Source: Trichinella spiralis
Lineage: Eukaryota
Length of the DNA stretch: 57,903 bases
Reading direction: 5' to 3'
Assembly: GCF_000181795.1 (NCBI RefSeq)
Contig: NW_003526941.1
Span: 8,046,583-8,104,485 of the forward strand
Shown here: piece by piece, positions 1-12,868 of the stretch
Layout: each line of letters starts with the position of its first letter
Numbering within the stretch: the first letter of the stretch is position 1
Program-made: the position numbers and the translations under genes
Notes under the pieces: model-generated
The model's input: only the letters and a program-made list of their open reading frames with translations
Told to the model about the DNA's origin: nothing
The model's database searches: none

Positions 1-1126
1 TGTATTACACATTTCTGTTGAAAAATTACACTGGATACTTTGTTTTCAATTGTACAATTTTTATAATTGTGTTATATACCAAATAATTGCCACTTACCAA
101 ACGCAGTCGCTTCTCATTGTTCAATTCTGATCTTCTTTTAGTGTTGATTTGAAAAATAAAAATGAAAAAACAACGAACGACTGAGTTGGCATTGGAAATT
201 GTATTTTAGACGCATTTGAATATCAAAACGCACCACGTCACTCATGGCGTCAATCTGAAATTATTTCAAATAAGGTCACAAAGCAAACAATAATGAGCTC
301 GTATGCAAATTTACATGCTCTCCTACTGATAATTTTTCATCGCGTTCTATTTACTTAACTGAAACAATAGTACAGGGGAATGTTTAAATGTGAATGCTAA
401 GGCGATGATTTCAAGAAACATTTTTTATCGTTGACATTCATTCCAAATTATTTATTAATATTTTGATTTTAAATATTAGAATGCAAATGAATACGTACAA
501 TAAAATCACATAAAATACACATTGATTATACAATGATGACATACAGGAACACATTGAAAGAATACGGTAGACTGACAGCAGACAAACTAGCAAATTCAAC
601 CAATGACAGCGATTTGAAAATTCAAAAATGACCTATATAAATGGAAACGATTACCGTAAAGTTCCCTGACAAAATTTATACATCATTTTCTGTTATATAT
701 TCACTCTTGAATTGTAACTGTTTTCATTTTTCCTTTCAAGTGTTTCAAATAATGTTTTCACAATCAATTTAATCTATCATCCTGTTTTAAATAATTAATA
801 TTTTTTGATTGAGAAAAGTTACTGTAACGATTCATTAATGAACAAATGAAGAAAAGATTTAGAGCTTTGCTACAAATGCGTTCAGTTTAATTGTGCAGAT
901 TTCGTGTTCTACAAAAAAAGTAATGTTAGCGAATAATGTACTGTATTTAATTGCTATTTAGGTTTATAAAGCAGTTTTTGAAGTGTACGGTATACCATGA
1001 AAATTTTCACTATAAAAGTGGCAGGGATTTGATTATTGTGATGTATAACTTATGCTGTGCCGAAATAATGAACTACTTTTGATTATGAAGTGAATAAGTT
1101 ATTGTTGGCGATGTAAGTGGATGTTA

Positions 1127-4100
1127 TCATTTGATAATTCGATAACGACTGTACAATATTTTCGATACGACAACAGTGTTGCCAGTTGGTTGGTCAATAT
1201 TTGGAATTTTTTGCAATGCGAAAGGTAGTTCAATTTCGTGAAATAGTCGACTATTTAAAAGAGTTTGGTTGAAAGTTTCCAGTTGCAATATATCAGCATA
1301 AAGATGAGCAAAGAAAAGCCTCCATCGAGGTAAATAATATTCACTGAACAACGCTGCCCACTGTTTTCGAGCATAATCCACAATTTCACCCTGTGGACCC
1401 CAAATTGTGACCTGCATGCGTAAATTCTCTTCCAATTGGTCACTCTGTGCAGCAGTTTTTCCATTTGCGCGTGCAATTTCAATCCACTTGGACAGCATAG
1501 ATCTTGAATGGGTTTTTGAAATCCACTCCAAGTCAGAAAGGACTTGTTCAACAGCTGCTGCGTTTTCCAAAAATTCCTGACCACATCTGCTAACAATGGA
1601 GTGAACATTTTCCATGCTTTCATAAGCTATTGTTCGATATAATTCAAAATGGAAAATTTGGTTACTTTCTAATGTAAGAAGCTTGCAACTTTTCGTACAA
1701 TTTAGCTCCAGTTAACATCAGTGCGTGTTTCGTCAACTCGACCAAATCATTTATGTAAATTTCATTTTCCTGGCACGTACGCGATGATTGTAAAAATGCC
1801 CCCCATGCTGTGTAAATGGATTTTGTAATACCAACACCCTAAATTCAACAAAATTTAAAACTTTTCAAAGAAAATGTCCTTTTCAGAATGCAATGAAAAT
1901 TTAGATTGATGACAAATAAGCGTTCTTTGCACAGGCAAAAACTTCAATTACAATGCCCAAGGAAATTCACAATATATTAACAACAGGAAGAAAGATATCC
2001 ACAAATTGGTTACGGCTGATTTTTGTCGAAATCAAACTGATGATGATCATCAACATTTATCAACAACATTTGATATTTTTGTCTCATAATTGAAATGTTG
2101 AATAAAAGAAGATGCAAATTATATTTGATTCGAATTTAAATATCATCAATGCATGCAATAGTATGACCTTGATTAAATTATTGAAATAGAAAGAAACTAC
2201 AATTACCTGTTCTTTCATGCCGAACTTTGGTCGCAAAGTTAATAAGCCAATATTATGATGATCATTTGAAAGAAAACGATTTTTCAACCAATTACGAGTG
2301 TCTTCATCAATGACAGAATTCAATTTGCAATGAAAGAAAATGTGCTCTGCGCAATAGACGTTATTCTATAAAAAAATATAAAAAAAATAAATCTAAAGTT
2401 CTTAAAATGAAACTTAATTATCATTAATGTATATCTCCATTTTACATATATGATGATTCACAATAATTTTTTTCATTTTGAATAACTATTCAAAATATGA
2501 AAGTAATAATGATTCTCTAAATAATTTTACTTAAAAAATACATTATAGTAAAATTACCAATAATAATTTACATGCCGATATGACGTTTGTTTCCAGTCTA
2601 CCGTAACGTTGTATGCAATATTGCACTATCCTGAATTTAAGTGTTAAATATCGACCGTGAACATACCAAATGTATATATATATACCAAGCAGCTAAATCA
2701 ACTTTCTGATTATTAGGAGACCAAAACCGATCAAGAGCCATTTGATAAACGACATAATTTTGATCAATGCCTTCCATTGACAAACCAGTGCCAACCATGT
2801 TTATATTTGAAACAGTAGAAACATCTGCCAATTTCTGAATTATAAACAAAGAATAGTTTTCAAAGAAAAAAGCAAAAGAAAAACCAATCCAAAACATCAG
2901 TTTCAACAAAGTTGAAAATTCTTTTGTAAAACTGTCAAACCTGATTGATTCTCGCAAGGTTACCGTACAACCCCTGAACTCCACCAAAATTGTGCAACAT
3001 GCACCAAATGAACGGCTGATTGTAGAAACCAGAAAATTTTTCATACAACGGATATTCTTCTGCATATAAATCAACGACCAAAATGCTTCCTGTAGGAACT
3101 GCAGTTAGAAAATGTTTTGCATTTTCATTTTCAAGCCACCTTTCACTAGACAGAAACATCCACGACTGCAACACCCTACAAATTAAACCACTGACATAAA
3201 TTGACATTCTATGTATACAGGTTTATTGGGTTTTACTTACCAAACTGATTTTGGATCAACAGATAACATCACATTATATATAGCAAAAGATACATTTCTC
3301 AGAAACATGACATCAAATGTGTTTGGAACCATTTCATTAAACGGATCTGCGCTGTAAGCATGAAACAAGCCGAAATAATTTTCAAGCTAAAAGCTTCACT
3401 TCAATCATTTTTATTTACACTTCAAATTCTGCACCGCTACCTTCTGCATATAGGCCTTCCCTATTTGAAGAAACAATGGATCTGATGGATGTACAAATTT
3501 CAAACAACTGTATGTTGAATTGAATATCCAACATTTAGCAGAAAGTAGATTTGCCGTAGGAAAAATTCTGAATAATATAATAGTTTGATTAATGATTCAG
3601 GTTGTTAATTAAAAGCAATAAAAATAAAATTAGAAACCTTCTAAAACCGTCTGGCACGTGCCCAGCAAAAGCGGGCAAAATTGGTAACATACCAAATTCC
3701 ACCATTCGCTTGAGAATTCTTTTTTGCAAAACCAACTGATCCTGATGCCATGTTTCAGTCAAAGGACCTTGCCACTTTTTCAAATTTCCCATGCGGTTCC
3801 AAAAAAATAAAGTAAAATAATAAAAACTAATTGTAAAAAGGGTTCAAATTTATACCATGCTAAAAAGCCAGGTCCTGCAAAATGCTGGTCAATTTCTTCG
3901 TCCGTCAAGCCAAAATCTTGAAACACCTAATAAGCAAGCAATAATAAGCGATTTGTAAAAATGACAATAAAAAATAACATACCGATTTCCAGACCACTTC
4001 GTTGCCTACATGAGCAAGAGGTAAGTTGATTCCATTCAACGCCATCCAATCGATGAAGTATTCCCATCTCGACCAATTCCACCAAGCAAACGAATAACTG

Positions 4101-4878
4101 AATGTGCATACGTTACCAAAGTAACGATATCTAAATTAAGACAGCATTAAATAAAGTTTTCTAAGCGGTTTGTTTCGTAAATAACTAACGTGTGGTTCAA
4201 GTAGGTTTAACATATGATAATATCTGCAGCAGATGTAAATACGATTTTGCTGCCTAAGGTCTGTTTTTGAAAGACACTTGGATTGAAAACTGAACTAAGC
4301 TATTATTTTACACTGTGAACAACATTTTTTGAAAGAAAATATTTTTTATATTAAAACAAATCAACTTCACCTGCCAATACTTTTAAACACCATCTGCTTG
4401 TGAGGAGGCGAAACAATTGCCGGAAGCTCAACCCGGATACCATCCCAAGCAATGTGCACGTCGTACATATTTCTCAGATGAGCATTCACTCCAAACGCCA
4501 GCGCCACACCGGATGTGCCTTTTATTAAAGTCTGATTTCGAACATCTTTCCAACTTTTCACCTTGAACACTTCAGATTTTCAAGCAAATGTATACAATTG
4601 AAATTGAACTTACAAGCACCATTTCACTGTTATCGCTGAGAGAGCGGTCAATTTCCAGGACATAAAAATCAGCTAAACCAAAACTGATTCGATTCAACAG
4701 TTTCTGAACAGCACTGATTTGTTCCAACGCTGATGCGCTAGGTTTCAAATGGTCGACTGAACCCAAAACTAAAATATCCCGCCATAAAATAAGCATTAGG
4801 AAAAAGTACTACTAGTTTACCCAAAAGAACCACTGAAGCATTGTAGAATAATAGAAAAGAAATCATCTTCGTTGTCAT
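1127..4878 (-). CDS. NAGLU: Alpha-N-acetylglucosaminidase (GH89), multi-exon
   Basis: Spliced translation starts with a signal peptide ([22 protein letters not shown]). It contains GH89 motifs [86 protein letters not shown] and [29 protein letters not shown]. Confidence 0.95.
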
Positions 4879-5148
4879 TGTTCGGAAATTCACTGAAAAA
4901 GACTAAACCATCTTCATTTTCAATGCAAGCTATGTCACTAGTTAGAAAATAGATTCGCTGAAAACGTTTCAATTTAAACAAACAAATAGATAAAAACCAA
5001 AGTAATAATTTATTATTTTCCAATTGAAATTCTTATTCCAATACCATTGCACAAGTCTAATAATAAGTAGTTAATTTTCTATTTGAATAATGTTCTTCAT
5101 TCTGTTGCCTAATACAACTGCGGTCGTCGTCGTCTAGGTGAGTAGTTT

Positions 5149-6467
5149 TCAAGCAAATTTTTTCTCTGCCGAATACAATACTTTCTTTCGTTGCTTCAGC
5201 ATGTACATGTATAACATGGGAAACACTAAAAAGTAAAATTCAATAAATCACACTTCACACAGCATTAGACAAAATTAATTTTACGTGGTACGTATAGTGG
5301 AATAATAAAAAACAGCGAATAATAAAAATTGAAAGACATGTTGAAGATATTTGGCATTTCCAATGTAAACAGTTTTCTTCTTCCAATTGGTCCCATTGCG
5401 GCAAAAATTGCCAACAGTTCTCCTGCCACACCCAAAGGATAAAGCCCAATAAACAAAGTATATCTAAAAGAACACGCTGTTAGAAGCAGAAAAATGGAAT
5501 TGAAAAAGCGGATTAATTGCCTAAGCCATGTTAAAAATTTGGGAGTGACAGCAAGTATGTTCAGAGCGTAAAATGAATATCGCACTATTTCAGAAATTGA
5601 CCAGGCTGTAATGTACAAAAACGTTCCCAAAGATGACTGAGCCTAAACAAAATAATTTCAAGTATTCGTCCACCATCAGTTTAAAGCATTATTAAATTCT
5701 AACATTTTATAAGTAATAAAAAAGCTTAACAAAAAAACAGAAAAAACAAAAATGGGAATAATTAAAAAGTGGACAATAATGATACATGAAATGAATAATT
5801 TACTAAACAAACATTTCGTTACTTCAACAACGCAATGCGTTATCGGCCAAAGGATAAATAATCTCGACAATACTTGAATTGCGGTAGTAACTGTAGGGGA
5901 ACGAACAAGTCCAGTGTAGCTGTGAACAATCTAAATTATTTGCATAAGTCGATTATTTATGAGAAAAATAAATTTTAAATTACAACACTGTGCAATGTAA
6001 AATAATAAAGGACAAAATTTGTCATCATTATTCAATAGCTCGAACAAAGTTTTCGTAATGATATTTAAAACATGAAACGCTGAAGCAAACAGTAGTGCAT
6101 AACAAAGAATATAAATAATAGAATATATCAAAATTTCTGCTTTTGGTGGGAAAATTCGGTTTGAATTAAAACAAAGGCAGTAAAGTAGAAGCAAATTCAG
6201 CATCATCCTAATGCATGCATGCATAGTGTACTTACTTCTAGAAGAGCCAGAGTTTGGAAAAATTCAACTTGACATCCCACGACAGAATAAACATGGTTCA
6301 ATGTTATGCCTGTTAAAAGACCAATGACTATCTTCCAAAAAATCAATGACCAACTAAAATTTTCACAATTATTATATGAGCGTTCATCGGTTCAGCGTAT
6401 TCAGAAATATTTACCCTATGAATTGCACTGTATTATAAAGAAACAGATATCCATCACGAAAAGACAT
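5149..6467 (-). CDS. HACD: Very-long-chain 3-hydroxyacyl-CoA dehydratase (PTPLA/PHS1 family)
   Basis: Spliced translation has YLFLYNTVQFIGW, FQTLALLEIVH...GLVRS, QVLSR, AWSISEIVRYSFY, LTWLRYTLFIGLYPLGVAGE and LYMYMLKQRKK. It ends in the KKFA ER-retrieval motif. Confidence 0.93.
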
Positions 6468-7006
6468 TATTTCGCTTTTAGTAATTTAATTTTAGCAAAG
6501 AAAATTCCAAACTTTTTACCAAAACTCAAGCAGTATTTGCTTCTCGATAATTTATCAAAAAGAACTTACCAAATACCGTATACCATGCTGAAGGCACTAA
6601 TTGAAAATTCTTTTGAAGCAAAAAATATATTGAATGAAACAACATATCCTAGTTATTCAATACAACTGTAAAGTATAAGTTTACAAAGAGTAAATTAGTT
6701 TTCATTATATACACTTGAAAAAACATGGTTTACACAATATTAAACTTAGTAAAAAAACCAAAACTTTTAAAGTTCATCAAAAGAATTTCGTTGACATATT
6801 TTATAGACGAAAATTAATTTCTTTCAATATAATATCAGCATTTACTTATTTAAACATTTCAGAATTTTAAAAAATTGTTTACAACTGTTTTCTGTTTGAA
6901 AAATTCAAATTATCAAATGCAACAAAATGTCAAGATTGTTTTCATTCAGAATGAACATAATTACACTGAACATGAAGAATTGAAAATGCTTTCCGTTACA
7001 GAGTCG

Positions 7007-7675
7007 TCATTTCAGATGTGAAAAAATAATAGATTTCGGTCGAAGGTTGAATCGTATTTTTTTGTAGATGATACCGGAAATTTCAAAATTTACATCTTGA
7101 TGGGTAGATGTGGAAACGTCACCACTGCACTGCTTGACAAGAGCAATAGGCCGTTGCAGTTGTTCAACTTTTCCTCGAAGAATATGACGACCAACGATCA
7201 TGAACGCGTCCCCCTGTAAAAACGAAAACAATAAATCAATTCAAAATAACTTTGTATTTTAATTATAAAATTGTACTTGTTTGTTACAACTGAATGCCGA
7301 GATTAACGTGCCACTCAACGATTTACTGTTGCTGAGTTCAAGATCCCCTTGTAGTTCAATAATAAATAGTTCTGGAATGTCTCCAATTCTAAAAATGAAT
7401 ATTGCACCAGTGGTCCATACAGTGTATAAGGTAAGCACAGTGGACAGTTAAAAATAGGTATACACTTTGCAACAAGCTTACAATTTACAAGAAGACTGTG
7501 CAAAACAGAGCACCGATTAAGAGAACATTATTTCCAAGAAAATCTGAATTTTGTAACAACACTAACTTTTCATCAGTTAATCAATAAGATCAGAAAATTA
7601 GAAGAAAAATTAGAGAAACAACAAAACACAAAATGCTGCCTACTGATTAGCTGAAATAACTATTTGCATTGCCAT
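7007..7675 (-). CDS. CTF8: Chromosome transmission fidelity protein 8 (Ctf18-RFC subunit), 3 exons
   Basis: N-terminus MAMQIVIS, then IIELQGDLE, MIVGRHILRGKVEQLQRPIALV and IIYKKIRFNLRPKSI, all characteristic of Ctf8. Confidence 0.88.
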
Positions 7676-9166
7676 GATGAGCTGTTACGGTGAAAGGCAA
7701 ATCAAAGTGCAAAAGAGCGAATCAAATTTTTAAAAATATAAGAAATACAGTAGTACTGATGTTCAGGAAAATTATCTAAACGAAAAGAATTGAATCCAAT
7801 AAAGTGTTACATGGAAAGCAAAACATTTAACTCAAAAAAGTCTATCCTGCCAAATGTGACGTTTCCTGAAAAGGAAAACAATGATGCAACAATAAAAGAA
7901 ATGATGAATCATTTACAAAACTTATAAGTGAAGATGAAAAAAAGCAAATCAAAAAAAGCTACAGATGATTAAAATGTCTGTGACAAACAACACATCTACC
8001 CAGTGAACGCAGTTCAGTTGATAAATTTATAATGTAATCAAATACATTCGCACTTCTATGCAAATATTTATTTCTTTTCGCCACTATTAATTAAGCAAAA
8101 CGTCTAGTTTGGTTTGCTTTTCGTTCAAGGTTCTGCCGTTGAAAGCTGAAACGTTTGAAAAACAAGCAACACTGTCATGAATTTCATTACAACAGTAGCT
8201 TTTCTTTTCCTCATCAACCACGCTTCAAGCGTAGTTGACATTTTATAATGATTCAAGGAAGAATGCAGAAAAAACCAACTCAGTCGAATAATAATAAAAT
8301 GATTCGAAACAGTCGAGTTGACCAACCAAATCAAACCAAACCAACTCGATCTGATTTTCCGGCTGATACGCACAGATTCCAAATAGGAAAGATTCCTGAA
8401 ATTTTGAAATCAAATTCTCCTGATTTTCAAAGCTTACCTTTATTATTCAGAAGTGCAAATACAGTTTTAAATGTTTTTTGCAATATATCATGATCCGATA
8501 ACATTGTCGAACAGAAAAAATGATCACCGCACTTATAATCAAACTTGATTTTCACTAACAGTTTTGTAGATTACACAAATGTTTTTCTGCATTTCATTTA
8601 GAAAAAAGTTTTTCCATTATAAATGTTAATTTAAAAATATTCTGAAAAAATTTCGACATTTTAAATCTGCTAAAAAAAATTAATATTTTTGTTCAATTTT
8701 CATATGCTGCTCAGAATACGTTCGAAAAACAGATAGCAATCAGTGGACGTTTTCAAATGTAGTTATTTCTTCATTTCACAATAATTTCACTTTTGAATTA
8801 TCATCACTGTTATTCAGCCAAAGCCGTAAACGATTATTCGGTTACAGTCAGCTAGGCGAATAACACAAGTCGTCAGACACGTAAGCATTGAATAAATAAC
8901 ATTCGCACCAAAGTATGCAATAGGTAGCAAATCATTTTTTACATTTCACAAACAAAACCTAAAAAATATTCTTCTTACCATATCATAAAGTATACCGTAG
9001 AAAAATAAATGGGTTGAAATTGCAATCAGTGAATAAAGTAAAAATTGGCCAACATGAATGCGAAAATTACAACACCTAAGTGAATGAAGAAAAGAAAAGA
9101 AAGAAAAGCACAACATGAACACTTCGTGCAAGTCAGCACTGAAAAAAAAGAGAAAATTCAGATTGT

Positions 9167-10550
<1,384 letters not shown>

Positions 10551-11160
10551 CGCAGCACAAAGTCAACCAACCAAAAAATATACCCTTTACCAAAAGAAAA
10601 AAAAACAAAAGCATTATTATTATTATTATTACTAAAATGTCAAATCGAAACTATAAATAAGTAGTAGTATATCATTAGAAATGACAATTTCTCATTAAAA
10701 GAAAAATTCTGATCTGCATCATTTATAATAGTGTCTCTTTCTCTTAAATATATACCACATTTAAATAGATAAATACGATACATATGTACAGATTCTTCTC
10801 AACAATGCAAATGCAAATATCACGTAACTAATCAGACAACAGTAATGATTCAGCTGAACGTATTTGAACTAATAAAGTCAAATCGTCAGGAAAATCGTAA
10901 ATCTGTTCGTCAGTAAAAGCGAGAACAACTTCCGTATGTTCAACAAACAAAAGTAATAATGAAGCTTCTACTGAAAAAAAAAATTTTTTTTGCAACATGG
11001 ACAAAAAAAAACAAAATAATGAAGGAGATTAAAAAAAGCCAAGAACGATAAAAATAATTAATGACAATGTAAATTTGAATCTAAGAATGATGAAACAGCA
11101 AGAAAAAATGCATATTATCTTCATATCATAAATAAATATGAAAATTTTGAAATTAACATA

Positions 11161-11163
<3 letters not shown>

Positions 11164-11200
<37 letters not shown>
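11164..11200. repeat. (AG)n microsatellite
   Basis: Uninterrupted AG dinucleotide run. Confidence 0.95.
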
Positions 11201-11203
<3 letters not shown>

Positions 11204-12868
11204 TAGAAATGATAAAAATACCTGTTCAAAAAGTAAAAATATGGAAATATGAAATGGCAATTTGAACCAACCGCGTTGTAGTTAGTCGCTGTTGCCGAAG
11301 AGGCTTTACGCTGCTGTCGTCGACACGGCTTCAACTTTCACCATCTCATTTAGCAGCATTTTATACAGACTATAATATTTGACAATAAACATACGCAGCG
11401 AACGTTTTCATCAAACGGCAAAACAAATTTTATCTTATCGTGTTTGTTCTGTTAGCATTTCTCAATATAAAATCATCGACCTGTTCCAATTGAATATATA
11501 AAGTGACAATAATCGAGCAAAAATAGTTCTCATTTCTAGTCAAATAGATGAACAACAACGAACGTATATCATGCAAATTTACAAGCATGCGTAGTTAATT
11601 AATTTTGAAAATTGAAAATGAAAATCAACCGACGACATCACTTGAATAAATAATTACACAACAACAACGACAAGATAAGCGAGTCCAAGTTTTTCCAGAG
11701 ATAAGTGACAAATAAATATTACTATTACAGTGTTAACAAAACGCTGAATCACAACTATCGACACACACTATTTACTTCTCATTGGTCGAAAGTGGAATAA
11801 ATGCAAATATAAAATTAGCACATTACACAGCTTTTTTCATCAAATAGCGTTCTCTGGCTAGGAGTCAACCAATCAAAATCAACAAAACCATCGAAACGTT
11901 GATTTAAAATTTCGAAAAAAAAACAAAACTTTATTATAATTATTATTATAAAATATCCAGTATATTTAACAATAACAGAAATATGAAAATAAAATGAAAT
12001 TTCACGGTGCTTTTTGCATTGCAATTCAAATAGATGAAAGAAAGCGCCGAGTATATATTATATGATAGAGAAAGAAAAGGTATAAAATAATAGCTGTGAC
12101 GACGTTTGAAAAAAAAGAAATAAATGACGTGTTCAAACAGATAAAGCATTTTGATAAATTTACATTTGAATGAACAGTTGTGTCGTAGAAATGGGGAAAA
12201 AAGCTCATTAGAATATAACCAAGATCGTAATGGCGTAAAAAAGAATAAAAAAGAACAGACCACCACTGGAAGCAGCGGTTGCAGTTGTTGCTACTATTGC
12301 AACATCTAAGCATGCAACGATGTACAACAAAAAAATATAAATGTTGAAACGATCAACCATTGGATAGTAATTCAAAAAAATTATAATAATTTGAAGAAGA
12401 TGGAATTTTCTTTTTCAATAATAACACAGACAACATGACCCTCAATACAGTATTATCAAGTAATTATTTAAAAGCAGCAAACAGCACCGATGAAAACAAT
12501 ATAAATGAGAAAATGTAAAACATGGTAAAAATTACACACAGTGTACGTCGCCGACGTCACCAAAATTAAGTATATAAAAATTTTTCTGTTGTTTTTGACT
12601 GAAGAATTTTCTCTCTCTAATCGGAGAGCTCGAGAAAAAGTTTTTCCCAATTCAGATCCATCTTAATAACAAATATAAATATTATTATTATTAGAAAAAT
12701 TCATATTATATATTATTAATAAATAAAATGGATGAATGCATTCAGCATAACAGGAAATGATCAGATAAAGGCACCGCGTTTTTCAAAACTGTTCAAACGT
12801 TAAAACGAAAAATAAATTTTTTTTAAATAACAGTTGTAAGATAAATCAGAATGGGTGAAATGCAAATT

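Noticed and set aside
8711..8807. Possible box C/D snoRNA on the minus strand (GTGATGA...CTGA...CTGA)
   Set aside because: No convincing terminal stem or C' box, and I could not verify an rRNA target. Such boxes arise by chance in AT-rich DNA.
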